From NCBI GenBank assembly GCA_022797935.1, contig JAAWLO010000004.1, positions 338-64,337 on the forward strand: a stretch of 64,000 bases of DNA. The letters are read 5' to 3'. This document shows, in pieces, positions 9,449 through 21,460 of this stretch. The notes under the pieces were generated by a model. That model was given only the letters and a program-made list of their open reading frames with translations, did not search any database and had not been told where the DNA came from. Numbering within the stretch: position 1 is the stretch's first letter; every line of letters begins with the position of its first letter. The position numbers were made by a program, and so were the translations under genes. Origin of the DNA: Oscillibacter sp. (GTDB taxonomy: Bacteria; Bacillota; Clostridia; Oscillospirales; Oscillospiraceae).

Positions 9449-10557
9449 TTAAACCTTGCTGCCTTTGGCCAGCACCACCGGGTAGGTGGCATGACCCATG
9501 AGAGTCCGGCCCTCCAGGACTTCCACGTCCTTGTCCGTAATGATGTAAGACAGCTGGGCGTTCTGGCGGACAACGCTGCCCTTGAACAGCACGCAGTTGC
9601 GCACCACCGCGCCCTTTTCCACCACCACGCCGGAGAACAGAATGGAATTTTCCACCGTGCCTTCAATGGTGCACCCGTCGCCCACCAAGGAGTTGACACA
9701 GCGGCCGTCCGCGCCCAGATAGGTGGAGCTGAGGTCCGCGTTCTTGGCCCGGATGGGACGCTCTGCCCGGAACAAATCCTCCCGGATGGCAGGGTCCAGC
9801 AGCTGCATGCTGCGGTCGTAGTACTCCTGTACCGAGCGAATCTGGGCGGCATAGCCCTTCCAGATGTAGCTCTGGATTTTCAGCTCATTCTTCCGGGTCT
9901 GGAGCACATCTCCCCGCCAGCTGAGCAGGTCCTTGGAGGTGCAGTCGTCCACCAGCTCCAGCAGCAGCTTTTTGGAGACGACGTAGGTCCCCAGACCCCG
10001 GAGGCCCCGGGGCGCGTTGAGGTTGAAGAAGACCTCCGTAATCCGGCCTTCCTCGCCGATCTGGAAATAGGTGCCGTCCTCCGTCAGGAAGCTGTCGCTG
10101 CCGCAGACCACGGTGATATCCGCGCCGGACTTCACATGGTTTTCGTAAATGTCGGCCAGAGGCAGGTTCACCACCAGATCGCCGTCCATCATGACCACGT
10201 AGTCCTGACGGATCTCCTCCAGATAGCTCCGCACACCGGCCAGGGCCTCCATGTGGCCCCGGTAGGGCATAGCGCCCCAGTCGCCCTTGTAGTTGAAGGG
10301 GGGCAGCAGCCGCAGGCCGCCCCGCTTGCGGCTCAGGTCCCAGTCCTTTCCGGTGCCCAGGTGGTCCAGCAGGCTCTGGTAGTGGCCGTGGAGGATGATG
10401 CCCACGTCGGTGGTTCCGGCGTTGACCAGGTTGGACAGGGCAAAGTCCACCGCCCGGAAGCGCCCGCCGAAGGGAATGGAGGCGGAAGAGCGGATGGCCC
10501 CCAGCTCCTGGAGGTTGCCGCGGCGCTCATAGGTGAAAATGATTCCATGCAGTCCGT

Positions 10558-10561
<4 letters not shown>
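9449..10561 (-). CDS. glgD: Glucose-1-phosphate adenylyltransferase regulatory subunit
   Basis: [26 protein letters not shown] and [17 protein letters not shown]; overlaps the glgC stop. Confidence 0.93.
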
Positions 10562-11759
<1,198 letters not shown>

Positions 11760-11763
<4 letters not shown>

Positions 11764-13733
11764 GTCTCTTTCAGCTCCTTTGCCTCGTTATTTGACGCTG
11801 GGGATTCTCCCGTCTGGGAACCGGCAGCCCCGGTCTTTTTCCGCCCTCTGGGCTTGGGGAACACGCCCTCTCCCCGCAGGAACACCGCGCCGAACGCCGG
11901 AATGCGGATGGCGGCGGAGTAATCCTTGCCGTGGGAGGGAATGGCCTCCACCGGCACCGGGACCGTGTCTTCAAAGCCGTCGCCGCCGTAGGCGGGGTCG
12001 TCGGTGCTGAAGACCGGGCTGTACTGCCGGTGAGCGGGGACGCCCATCCGGTAGCCTTCGTAAGTATTGGGCGAAAAGTTCACCGCGCAGAGAAGGTCCC
12101 GGCCCTTCTTGTCCTTCCGGAGAAAGACCACCACGTTGTTGTGATTGTCGTCCACCACCAGCCACTCAAAGCCCTCCTGGCTGAAGTCGACCTCCCACAG
12201 GGCGGGCTCCTTCTTGTAGAAGGCGTTGGCCTCCATGAAGAAGCGGTGGAGCTTCTGGTTCTCCTCGTTGTCCAGCAGATACCAGTCCAGAGACTCCTTG
12301 TCGTTCCACTCGTGCCACTGGCCCAGCTCCGCGCCCATGAACAGGAGCTTCTTGCCGGGATGCGCCAGGAAGTACGCGTAGAAGCCGCGGGTGCAGCGCA
12401 GCTGGTTGGTATAGTCGCCGGGCATCTTGCCCACCAGGGAGCCCTTCATGTGGACCACCTCGTCGTGGGAGATGGGCAGCACGAAGTTCTCGGAGAAGGC
12501 GTACATCATGGAGAAGGTGATGTCTTTATGGTGATCCTGGCGGAACCAGGGGTCCAGCTTCAGATAGTGGCACATGTCATTCATCCAGCCCATGTTCCAC
12601 TTGAGGTTAAAGCCCAAACCGCCTATGTCGGCGGGACGGCTGACCAGGGGCCAGGCGGTGGATTCCTCGGCGATCATCATCACACCGGGATTGACCTGGA
12701 AGGCCATGGTGTTCAGCTCCCGGAGGAAGTCAATGGCCTCCAGATTTTCGTGCCCGCCGTACTTGTTTGGGGTCCAGGACCCGCCCTGGCGGCTGTAGTC
12801 CAGATACAGCATGGAGGCCACGGCGTCTACCCGCAGGCCGTCAATGTGGCACTCCTCCAGCCAGAAGCGGGCGGAGGAAAACAGAAAGCTCTTTACCTCG
12901 GGGCGGCCATAGTCGAAGACCCGGGTGCCCCAGGAGGCGTGCTCCCACTTGTTGGGGTCGCTGTACTCGTAACAGCAGCCGCCGTCGAACTCATAGAGGC
13001 CGTGGGAGTCCTTGCAGAAGTGGGCGGGAACCCAGTCCAGGATGACGGCGATCCCGTTTTTGTGCATGTGGTTCACGAACCAGAGGAAATCCTTGGGGGC
13101 GCCGTAGCGGGAGGTGGGAGCGAAGTAGCCGGTGCACTGATAACCCCAGGACCCGTCGAAGGGATGCTCCAGCACGGGCAGCAGCTCAATGGCGGTGTAG
13201 CCCATTTCCTTGACGTAGGCCGCCAGCTCTCTGGCCATGTCCCGGTAGTCGTAAAAATCGCCGTTCTCCCGCTTCCTCCAGGAGCCCAGGTGGACCTCGT
13301 AAATATTCAGGGGGGAATCGTAAACCTGCTTCTTGGCCTGCCGGGCCTGGAAGGCGGCGTCGGTCCATTTGAAGCCGGTGATATCGTAGAGCTTTCCGGC
13401 GGTGGCGGGCCGGGTCTCGCAGTGGAAGGCGTAGGGGTCCGTCTTGAGGCGGATTTCCCCGTCGGGACCGGTGATGGCGTACTTGTAAGCCGTGTACTCC
13501 GGCAGGCCGGGAATGAAGCCCTCCCACACCTCGCCCTTGCGGGTGAGACGGTGGACGCCGGGCTTCCAATCGTTGAAATCGCCGACCACAGAAACCGCCT
13601 GTCCATGGGGAGCCCATACGCGGAAGCGCCAGCCCGGCTGGCCCTTTTTCACCTCCGGGTGCGCGCCGAACCAGCGCCAGCCGTCGGTCATAGCGCCGCT
13701 GTGGAAGCGCTCCGCCTGATTGATTCTTGCCAT
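11760..13733 (-). CDS. glgB: 1,4-alpha-glucan branching enzyme
   Basis: [31 protein letters not shown] and SHDEVVH motifs; GGAGG RBS before ATG 13733. Confidence 0.96.
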
Positions 13734-13899
13734 AGTCAACCTCCGTGCATAAACCGCCGGAAAAAACGGATGCGGCTCCGTTCCCGGGGCTGCCGCTTTT
13801 GGGCGAGCGGCCCGCCGATTTTCCGTCCCCGGGGGACGGCTTCCGCTGCAGGTTTGCGGCGGTCTGCTCCACCGGAACAGCGCCTGGTTATTTTTGTTT

Positions 13900-13944
13900 A
13901 TTATACGTCTTTTGAAAAATAGCGTCAAGGACGGTCCTGTCGAA
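13900..13944 (-). promoter_or_regulatory. Sigma-A promoter of the glg operon with an adjacent Spo0A-box
   Basis: TTGACG(13928-13923)-17-TATAAT(13905-13900); TGTCGAA at 13938-13944. Confidence 0.65.
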
Positions 13945-14193
13945 AAAACCGTCCGTCTTTTAGTACGTTCCCCCAAATTCCTTGTCAGTTCCACAATTTT
14001 TTCGGGTTACCTTTGGCAGAATGGGCAAAAGAAACCAGCATTCCTTCGATTTTTATCCAACTGCTTTTCAAAAAACACATGCCGCGCCGCTTGCGTTTCT
14101 CCTGGCGGACTGGTATAGTTGGGGACGGAAAAAACGCTTCTGCCTCTCCCTTTTTTCCGCCCTTGATTTTTCAATCCGGGAGGTCCTTCGTTC

Positions 14194-15006
14194 ATGCTTT
14201 CTTTTTTATCCGCACCCTGTCTGGACGGCTTTTCTCTTCTGGTTCTGCTGCCCCTCTGCGCAGGCGTATTTCTGGCCTCTTTTCTGGACGCTATTGCAGG
14301 GGGCGGCGGCATCATTTCCGTCCCCGCCCATCTGCTTGCCTTCGGGGACCTTCCGGCCTCCTATGCCCTGGGCACCAACAAGGTTTCCGCCGCTATCGGA
14401 ACCGCTTGTTCCACTGCCCGTTTTATCCGGACCGGCTGCGTCCGCTGGCGGCTCTTCGGGCCCGCGATTGCCTTCGCGCTGGCGGGCTCCTTCATCGGAA
14501 CCAAGCTCCAGCATCTCACGCCGGACACGGTGCTGAAATACCTTCTGCTGGCTGTGCTTCCCGTGGTGGCCTTCCTCACCCTCCGGGACCGGGAATGGCC
14601 CGACGGACCCGGGGAAATCGAGCCCCGGACACAGCGTCTGACCGTCTGGGCCGCCTCCTTCCTGATCGGCGGCTACGACGGCTATTACGGCCCTGGCACC
14701 GGCACCTTCCTGATGCTGGTTTTCATCCGGGCCGCCAGGCTGGACATCCGTCAGGCCGCAGGCGGCGTGAAGGTCATCAACCTCTCTTCCAACGTGGGCA
14801 GTCTGGTGACCCAGCTGCTCTACGGACAGGTCTTTCTGGGGGTGGGTCTGGCCGCCTCCATCGCCTCCGTGGCGGGGCATTACTGGGGGTCGGGCCTGGC
14901 CATCCGGAATGGCGGCAGATTGGTCCGTCCGGCGGTGCTGGTGGTCCTGCTTCTGCTGACGGTCAAGGTGGGCAGCGAGCTCCTGTTTCCGGACCTGTGG
15001 AAGTAG
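14194..15006 (+). CDS. TauE/SafE (TSUP) family transporter
   Basis: DAIAGGGG, ALGTNK and GGYDGYYGPGTGTFL motifs; multiple hydrophobic segments. Confidence 0.9.
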   Translation: MLSFLSAPCLDGFSLLVLLPLCAGVFLASFLDAIAGGGGIISVPAHLLAFGDLPASYALGTNKVSAAIGTACSTARFIRTGCVRWRLFGPAIAFALAGSFIGTKLQHLTPDTVLKYLLLAVLPVVAFLTLRDREWPDGPGEIEPRTQRLTVWAASFLIGGYDGYYGPGTGTFLMLVFIRAARLDIRQAAGGVKVINLSSNVGSLVTQLLYGQVFLGVGLAASIASVAGHYWGSGLAIRNGGRLVRPAVLVVLLLLTVKVGSELLFPDLWK

Positions 15007-15555
15007 GGGAACCGCCAGCCGCTCCAGGGGCACGCCCCGCTGAAACCGGCGGACATAAATCCGGGTGCAGCGCCGGAGAAGGGCGAAGCGCCGCCGCGCC
15101 TCGTCGGGACCTCCGTAGGACTTCCAAAGTCCCTGGCAGGTGTACCCCTTTCCCCGGTGGGCGATAAACCCCGCCACGTCCTCCAGGGGATAGCCCAGAA
15201 ACAGCCCCAGCTCATGGGGAAATTCCCCGCCCGCCAGCCGCCGGGACAGCTCCTCCAGAAGCGTGTCCGCACCGCCGCCGCCATAGCCCCGCTCCGCCAG
15301 AAAGCGGCGGCTCTCCGGCGCGGATAAAACCCGCTCCAGCCCCTCCCGCCGGAAGACAAACACCAGGGCTCCGTCCGGCTCTTCCCGCAGAATCCGCAGG
15401 GTCACCCCCGCCGCCGCCAGACGCTGGTTCCAGCGGGAGACCGTCCGGCGGATTTCCGCCCGTTGGCCCCGGGCGCGGAAGAGGCTTCCCGCCTTCCATC
15501 CCGCCAGGGTCGGCGCACAGTGCCGGACCAGCGCGCTTTCAAACAGGGTCTCTAT
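15007..15555 (-). CDS. DUF3793-like protein with atypical start and no stop at the family end (frame stays open to 14206)
   Basis: HCAPTLAGWKAGSLF, FPHELGLFLGYPLEDVAGFI and GLWKSY motifs; GGAGG precedes ATA at 15555. Confidence 0.65.
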
Positions 15556-15670
15556 CCGGACCGCCTCCCTCCGTCTCTGCTGCGCATGGGCATAAGGTGA
15601 CCGGCAGGGCGGAATGCTATACGCGGACAGAGAAAAAACCGGGACGCCCATACTGCGGCATCCCGGTTTT

Positions 15671-17047
15671 TTATTCGGCGAAACGATCTTTCGTTTCTTC
15701 TCCGGAGGCGTCCTTCTCCGGGGCGTTTTTCCAGGGACCCGCCCGGTAAAACAGCAGGGACAGCGCAGCGGCTACGCTCCAGCCTACCGGCCAGGAGCAC
15801 CAGATGCCCGCCGCCCCCAGAGCGGTCTGGGCCAGCAGGGCGGACAGCGCCGCCCGGAGAATCAAATCCGTGAAGGTGGCCGTCAGAAACTGAGCCATCC
15901 GTCCGGCCCCCCGCAGGACGCCGTCGGCCACCAGCTTGGCGGAGACCACGAAGTAAAAGGGCGCGAGAATCCGGAGAAATTCTACGCCGGTCCGCAGGGC
16001 CGTTTCCGAGGGCGCGTCCAGAAAGAGAAACAGCAGCGCCCGTCCGGCGAAGAAGTACAGCAGGCTCAGGGGCAGGCTCAGCAGCCACACCAGCTTCCGG
16101 CCGCCCCGGAAGCCCGCCCGCACCCGGGCCAGCTTCTGTGCGCCTACATTCTGGGCCGTGTAGTTGGAGACGCCGCTGCCCAGGGTGGTGAAGGAGGTGA
16201 TGACCAGATTGTTCAGCTTCACCGCCGCGGAATAGCCCGCCATGACGCCGGTGCCGAAGCCGTTGATGACCCCCTGAATGAAGAGATTTCCCACGGAGAT
16301 GAAGCTTTGCTGAAGAATGGTGGGCACGGCCACGGCGGCAATCTTCCCGAGGATGGAGGGGGAAAACAGCGGCGCTTTCTCCGGCGTCTCCAAGGCCCGC
16401 AGGCGCCGGAAAACGGCCGCCGACGCCAGAAGGCAGCTGACCCCCTGGCAGAGGAACGTGGCCCAGGCTATCCCCGCTACCCCCATGTCAAAGGCGGTGA
16501 CAAAGAGGATGTCCGCCGCAATGTTGGAGGTGGACGACGCCGCCAGAAACAGAAAGGGCGTCCGGGAATCCCCCAGGGCGGAAAACACTCCGGAGGCGAG
16601 GTTGTAGAAAAAGACGAAGGGCAGGCTCCAGATGTAAATGTCCAGGTACAGCTGGGAATCCGCCATAGCCTCCGCCGGTGTGCGGATGGCCTGAAGCAGC
16701 CAGCCGCAGCCCAGAATCCCCGCCGCCATCAGCAGGGCGCAGAGGACGCCTCCGGCCAGGCAGGCGGTGGACACCGCCGTCTTCACCCCTCCGTAATCCC
16801 GGGCCCCGAAAAAACGGGAGACCGTCACGGAGCAGCCCATACCGCACCCGAAGGCGAAGGCTATGAAAATCAGCGTCACCTCATAGCTGCTGCCCACCGC
16901 CGCCAGCGCCGTCTCGCCGATAAACTTTCCGGCGGCCAGGCTGTCGGCCAAATTATAGAGCTGCTGGAACACCACGCTGCCAAACAGGGGCAGGCAGAAC
17001 TGCCGCAGGACCGTCTCCGGTCTTCCCACGGTCAAATCCCGGTTCAT
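15671..17047 (-). CDS. MATE family efflux transporter
   Basis: DLTVG, QQLYNLADS, GDSRTPF and AQNVGA motifs; many hydrophobic segments. Confidence 0.92.
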   Translation of the reverse strand: MNRDLTVGRPETVLRQFCLPLFGSVVFQQLYNLADSLAAGKFIGETALAAVGSSYEVTLIFIAFAFGCGMGCSVTVSRFFGARDYGGVKTAVSTACLAGGVLCALLMAAGILGCGWLLQAIRTPAEAMADSQLYLDIYIWSLPFVFFYNLASGVFSALGDSRTPFLFLAASSTSNIAADILFVTAFDMGVAGIAWATFLCQGVSCLLASAAVFRRLRALETPEKAPLFSPSILGKIAAVAVPTILQQSFISVGNLFIQGVINGFGTGVMAGYSAAVKLNNLVITSFTTLGSGVSNYTAQNVGAQKLARVRAGFRGGRKLVWLLSLPLSLLYFFAGRALLFLFLDAPSETALRTGVEFLRILAPFYFVVSAKLVADGVLRGAGRMAQFLTATFTDLILRAALSALLAQTALGAAGIWCSWPVGWSVAAALSLLFYRAGPWKNAPEKDASGEETKDRFAE

Positions 17048-17162
17048 GGGAATCACCTCGCGTTCTTGACTTCTGGATTGCCCCCCATTATAATCGCCCT
17101 GCCGCCATCTGTAAAATGTCAATTTTGCCTGTTGGTTATATCAATTTTGAATGGAGAAATCT

Positions 17163-18062
17163 ATGGACATCCGTTACGACAGCTACCGGGCCTTCTACTA
17201 CGCCGCCAAATACCAAAACATCACCCGGGCCGCGCAGTTCCTCCTGTGCAACCAATCCAACCTCACCCGCACCATCAAAGGCCTGGAGGACGCCCTGGGC
17301 TGCCGCCTCTTCCTCCGCTCCAACCGGGGCGTCGTTTTGACGCCGGAGGGCGAAGGGCTCTACAGCCACATCGCCCAGGCTATGGAGCACATCCGGGCCG
17401 GCGAGGAGGAGCTGGCGGCGGCCCGGCGTCTCGAGGGCGGCCTGGTCCGCATTGCCTCCAGCGAAATCGCCCTGCGCTGCTGCCTGCTGCCGGTTCTCCA
17501 GCGCTTCCGGAAGCAGCACCCCGGCGTGCGGCTGCAAATTGCCAACCACACCACGCCCCAGGCTCTGGAGGCACTGAAGAACGGGCTGGCGGACTTCGCC
17601 GCCGTCACCGCCCCGCCGGAGCTGCCTGGGGCGCTGGACTGCCGGACCCTGGCGGACATCCAGGAAGTTCCCTTCTGCGGCGGGGACCTGTCCTTCCTGG
17701 CCTCGGAAACCCGGACCCTGGAGGACCTGACCGCCTATCCCCTGATCGGCCTGGGTTCCCGCACCCTGTCCTTCTCCTTCTTCAGCGGCCTGTTTCTGGA
17801 GCGGGGCCTGCTCTTCCGGCCGGAGATCGAGGCGGGCACGGCGGACCAGGTTCCGCCTCTGGTGCGGGCCGGTCTGGGCATTGGCTTCCTGCCGGAGAAT
17901 TTTGACAATCCGGAGGGCATCCGCCCCATCCCCCTGGACCCGCCCATTCCCAAGCGGTCCATCTGCCTGCTGAAACGGAAATCCAGCCTCCTGAGCATAG
18001 CTGCCCGGGAGCTGGAACGGGTCCTGCAGGAGGCCTGTCCCGCCTCCCCGCCGGAAGCCTGA
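17163..18062 (+). CDS. LysR family regulator, divergent from the MATE gene
   Basis: NITRAAQFL..NQSNLTRTIKGLEDALGCRLFLRSNRGVVLTPEG HTH. Confidence 0.93.
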   Translation: MDIRYDSYRAFYYAAKYQNITRAAQFLLCNQSNLTRTIKGLEDALGCRLFLRSNRGVVLTPEGEGLYSHIAQAMEHIRAGEEELAAARRLEGGLVRIASSEIALRCCLLPVLQRFRKQHPGVRLQIANHTTPQALEALKNGLADFAAVTAPPELPGALDCRTLADIQEVPFCGGDLSFLASETRTLEDLTAYPLIGLGSRTLSFSFFSGLFLERGLLFRPEIEAGTADQVPPLVRAGLGIGFLPENFDNPEGIRPIPLDPPIPKRSICLLKRKSSLLSIAARELERVLQEACPASPPEA

Positions 18063-18116
18063 ACGGCAAAACCTCCCAGACGCCGGAAGCGGGTCTGGGA
18101 GGTCTTGACGCGGAGG

Positions 18117-19109
18117 TCAGCGGTCCATGAGAATCAGGTTCTGAATGTTGTTGCGCCCGCTGCCGCTCTGGAGCAGGTAGACGGTGTAAATCGCGTTGCT
18201 GACCACGTTGAGGTACAGGGAGCCGAAGGTCTCGTGGGGCGGGTAGACGCCCAGCCAGGCGGAGTCCAGGGTCTCGATATCCAGATGGGCGGGCATGGCG
18301 GTGAGGTTGGTGTCCGCGTAGAAGAACTGGTAGGTGCCCGGCATGATGCGCTTGAAGGCCGCCACCTCCTTGAAGCGCAGGTCGCTGTAGACCACCCGGC
18401 CGTCACTCATGAGGACGTCCAGAGGCGTGGTGTTGAAGGCCAGGTTGCCCACCCGGAAGCTGGAATAGCCGTTGGAGGGCGGGCAGCAGCTGTCGGTGAT
18501 CTGGAGCAGGTCCAGGCCGCCGGCGGTGTTGATGATGGCAATGGTGGTGATGCCGTTGGCCTGGAAGGGCATGGTTTTTTGAATGTAGACATAGCCGTCC
18601 GTGCCGGTGACGGTGACGGTCTGATAGCCCGAGGGCACCTGGCCGTAATGGGTGACGGAGGCGTAGTTCAGCAGGTTCACATACCGGCGGTTGCTGACGA
18701 AAATCCGGAAGGCGGAGTAGCCGTAGGCCGCGTTGAGGAACCGCGTCCGGGACGAGCCGGGCCAGACCGTGCCGATCACGCCGGGCAGAATGGTGATGCT
18801 GCCGCAGCCGCCGCCGGGGCAGACCCAGCCGCCGGGGGTGTTATTGTTGTTGCCGGGATAGACGGGACCGCCCTCCCCGGGGTTGGGCAGGGGAATGACG
18901 GGCTCCACGGTCATGCCGTCGTCGCCGGGATAGACCGGGCCGCCTTCACCGGGATTGGGCAGGGGGATGACGGCTCCGCCGCCGGCGTCATTGCCGGGGT
19001 AGACGGGACCGCCTTCCCCGGGGTTGGGCAGGGGAATCGTGGGCTCATGGATGACGCGCCCGGCCTGCTGGGCAGGCGGGACGAATGAGGAAAAAGCGTT
19101 TTGATTCAT
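18117..19109 (-). CDS. DUF4397-like protein with N-terminal Pro/Gly repeats (possible spore protein)
   Basis: RTRFLNAA...YGQVPSG and FRVGNLAFN...FKRIMPGTYQF duplicated beta modules; three IPLPNPGEGGPVYPG repeats at 18852-19037; sigma-K-like promoter upstream. Confidence 0.7.
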   Translation of the reverse strand: MNQNAFSSFVPPAQQAGRVIHEPTIPLPNPGEGGPVYPGNDAGGGAVIPLPNPGEGGPVYPGDDGMTVEPVIPLPNPGEGGPVYPGNNNNTPGGWVCPGGGCGSITILPGVIGTVWPGSSRTRFLNAAYGYSAFRIFVSNRRYVNLLNYASVTHYGQVPSGYQTVTVTGTDGYVYIQKTMPFQANGITTIAIINTAGGLDLLQITDSCCPPSNGYSSFRVGNLAFNTTPLDVLMSDGRVVYSDLRFKEVAAFKRIMPGTYQFFYADTNLTAMPAHLDIETLDSAWLGVYPPHETFGSLYLNVVSNAIYTVYLLQSGSGRNNIQNLILMDR

Positions 19110-19220
19110 ATATCGCGAACCGGAAGTCAGGGCTTCCGGCTCCCTCCTTTCCGCTGGTGGTGAGCCATCCTATGCGGCGGGGACTCCGGGGGTGCGGGAG
19201 CCGGTCCCGGGGGCGGTCTA

Positions 19221-19383
19221 AGAACCTGTATTCACAACCATTGGCCGCCGTATGAGCGGTCTTTTTCCCGCCATACCGCGTCAATTTCCCTTGAAATCCG
19301 TCAGGATTCCTGCGAAAAATTTCCTTGTCTGGCGGGAAATATCCGCGCCCATCCGGTATCCCCCGGTTATGAATACAGGTTCT
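19221..19383. mobile_element. MITE-like element, family A copy 2
   Basis: Perfect 14-bp inverted repeats agaacctgtattca / tgaatacaggttct; TAA at both ends; core ATCCGTCAGGATTCC. Confidence 0.75.
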
Positions 19384-19511
19384 AATATTTTTTCAGCTGT
19401 CCAAAAAATTTTTTAGTTTTTCTATTGACCTTTCGGTTTTTTGTGCTATGATACGGGTATGAGGTTCCCCCGTTACCCAATTATCAACATATTTTTGGAG
19501 GCGACCCTGCT

Positions 19512-20726
19512 ATGAAAGAGCCCATCAAGTGGACCCTGAACCGTATGCCCAAGAGCGAGGACAAGCAGCTCTCCGTGATGTCCCTGTCCAACGTGGCGAA
19601 GGCCCGTTTCTTCCACAGCACCTTCCCCCAGTATTCCGTCACGCCCCTGGCGGAGCTCACCGGCATGGCCAGCTATCTGGGCCTGGGAGGGCTGTTCGTG
19701 AAGAACGAGGCCCACCGCTTCGGTCTCAACGCCTTCAAGGTGCTGGGCGGCTCCTTCGCCATGGGCCGCTATATCGCCAAGGAGATGGGCCGGGACGTGT
19801 CCGAAATGTCCTATGACTACCTGACCAGCCAGGCCTTCCGCCAGGAGTTCGGGCACGCCACCTTCTTCACCGCCACCGACGGAAATCATGGCCGCGGCGT
19901 GGCCTGGGCGGCCAACAAGCTGGGCCAGAAGGCCGTGGTCCACATGCCCAAGGGCAGCAGCAAGCCCCGGTTTGACAACATTGCCAAAGAGGGGGCGCAG
20001 GTGACTATTGAGGAGGTCAACTACGACGACTGCGTCCGCATGGCCGCCGCCGAGGCCGCCCAGACGGAACACGGCGTCATTGTCCAGGATACCGCCTGGG
20101 ACGGCTATGAGGAGATTCCCTCCTGGATTATGCAGGGCTACGGCACCATGGCCGGAGAATCGGCAGACCAGCTGCGGCAGCTGGGGGTAAACCGGCCCAC
20201 CCACGTGTTTGTGCAGGCGGGCGTGGGCAGCCTGGCAGGAGCCGTGGTAGGCTATTACACGAACCTGTTTCCCGAGGATCCCCCGAAGTTTATCGTCATG
20301 GAGGCCCAGGCGGCGGACTGCCTCTACCAGGGCGCTCTGGCGGGAGACGGCCGTCCCCGGTCCGTGGACGGCGATCTGAAGACCATTATGGCGGGACTGG
20401 CCTGCGGGGAACCCAACACCATATCCTGGGACATTCTGCGCAACCATGTCTCCGCCTTCGTGTCCTGCCCTGACTGGGTCAGCGCCCGGGGCATGCGGAT
20501 GCTGGGGGTGCCGGTGAAGGGAGACCCGGTGGTCATCTCCGGCGAGAGCGGCGCGGTGGGCATGGGCCTGATTGCCGCCCTGATGGAGACGGATGCGTAT
20601 CGGGAGCTGCGGGAGGCCGTGGGCCTGGACCGCTACAGCCAGGTGCTGCTGTTCTCCACCGAGGGAAACACCGACCCTCTGAAATTCCGGAAGGTCCTCT
20701 GGGACGGCGAGTATGCCACGGTCTGA
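19512..20726 (+). CDS. dpaL: Diaminopropionate ammonia-lyase
   Basis: RFGLNAFKVLGGSFA (PLP Lys), TATDGNHGRG, QDTAWDGY and MAGLACGEP motifs. Confidence 0.93.
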   Translation: MKEPIKWTLNRMPKSEDKQLSVMSLSNVAKARFFHSTFPQYSVTPLAELTGMASYLGLGGLFVKNEAHRFGLNAFKVLGGSFAMGRYIAKEMGRDVSEMSYDYLTSQAFRQEFGHATFFTATDGNHGRGVAWAANKLGQKAVVHMPKGSSKPRFDNIAKEGAQVTIEEVNYDDCVRMAAAEAAQTEHGVIVQDTAWDGYEEIPSWIMQGYGTMAGESADQLRQLGVNRPTHVFVQAGVGSLAGAVVGYYTNLFPEDPPKFIVMEAQAADCLYQGALAGDGRPRSVDGDLKTIMAGLACGEPNTISWDILRNHVSAFVSCPDWVSARGMRMLGVPVKGDPVVISGESGAVGMGLIAALMETDAYRELREAVGLDRYSQVLLFSTEGNTDPLKFRKVLWDGEYATV

Positions 20727-20749
20727 GCACGGACCGCTTTTGCAGAAAG

Positions 20750-20788
20750 AAAAGACGCTGCGGAAAAGCCCCGCGGCGTCTTTTTTTT
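20750..20788 (+). terminator. Intrinsic terminator after dpaL
   Basis: aaaagacgctgcgg/ccgcggcgtctttt hairpin followed by a T-run. Confidence 0.75.
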
Positions 20789-21139
20789 GCTGGTTTTTGC
20801 AGGAAAAAGGACCTCCGGAGAGTGTCCCTGCCAATGACCCGGAATATGCACCCAAAACCGCCCTTGAAACGGTCCCCAAACGTGTTCCTGTTAAACATCC
20901 AAATGTCCTGGAAACCTCCTGGTTGGCCTTTTAAGGGACATAGAATGCGTTTCTTGGGTACAGGCGGGGGGACAGAGGCTGGAAGACTCTTAAAAGGGCT
21001 TAAAATGCGGAAAGGATAAGAAAAATAGGCCGTTCCCGAAGGGACGGCCTTAATCCGGATTATAGGAAATGCCTTTTGAATAGGCCGGTTGGCTTGGTTA
21101 CAATGCGCCCGGGCGGCTTTTCTGCAGCCCCAGGCACTG

Positions 21140-21460
21140 TTATACCCTGTAGGTGATGGTCATGCATACGCTGTCAGGCAAGGACACCATGTTGGTGGAG
21201 ATGACCTGAAACTCTGCATAGTCACGACCCATGACTTCATAGAACTTGTTGGCAGTGTTCGTTACGTAGTTTACCGTGCCGCGGATGGTCTTGGTGTATA
21301 CGCCAGGCTTTAAACCTGCATCGCTGTTATATGTTCCTGAGCTGAGCTGCTTTGTGATTTCCATCGCACGGATTGCACGTTCGGATAAGTTATCGGCTGT
21401 GAAGACGTTATTGCCGATTTGTACGAACTTATGTCCGTTTTCTGTCCATCTCTTGGTCAT
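21140..21460 (-). CDS. Hypothetical protein (106 aa) in an AT-richer patch
   Basis: AAGGAG RBS before ATG 21460; plausible composition; no motif recognised. Confidence 0.6.
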   Translation of the reverse strand: MTKRWTENGHKFVQIGNNVFTADNLSERAIRAMEITKQLSSGTYNSDAGLKPGVYTKTIRGTVNYVTNTANKFYEVMGRDYAEFQVISTNMVSLPDSVCMTITYRV

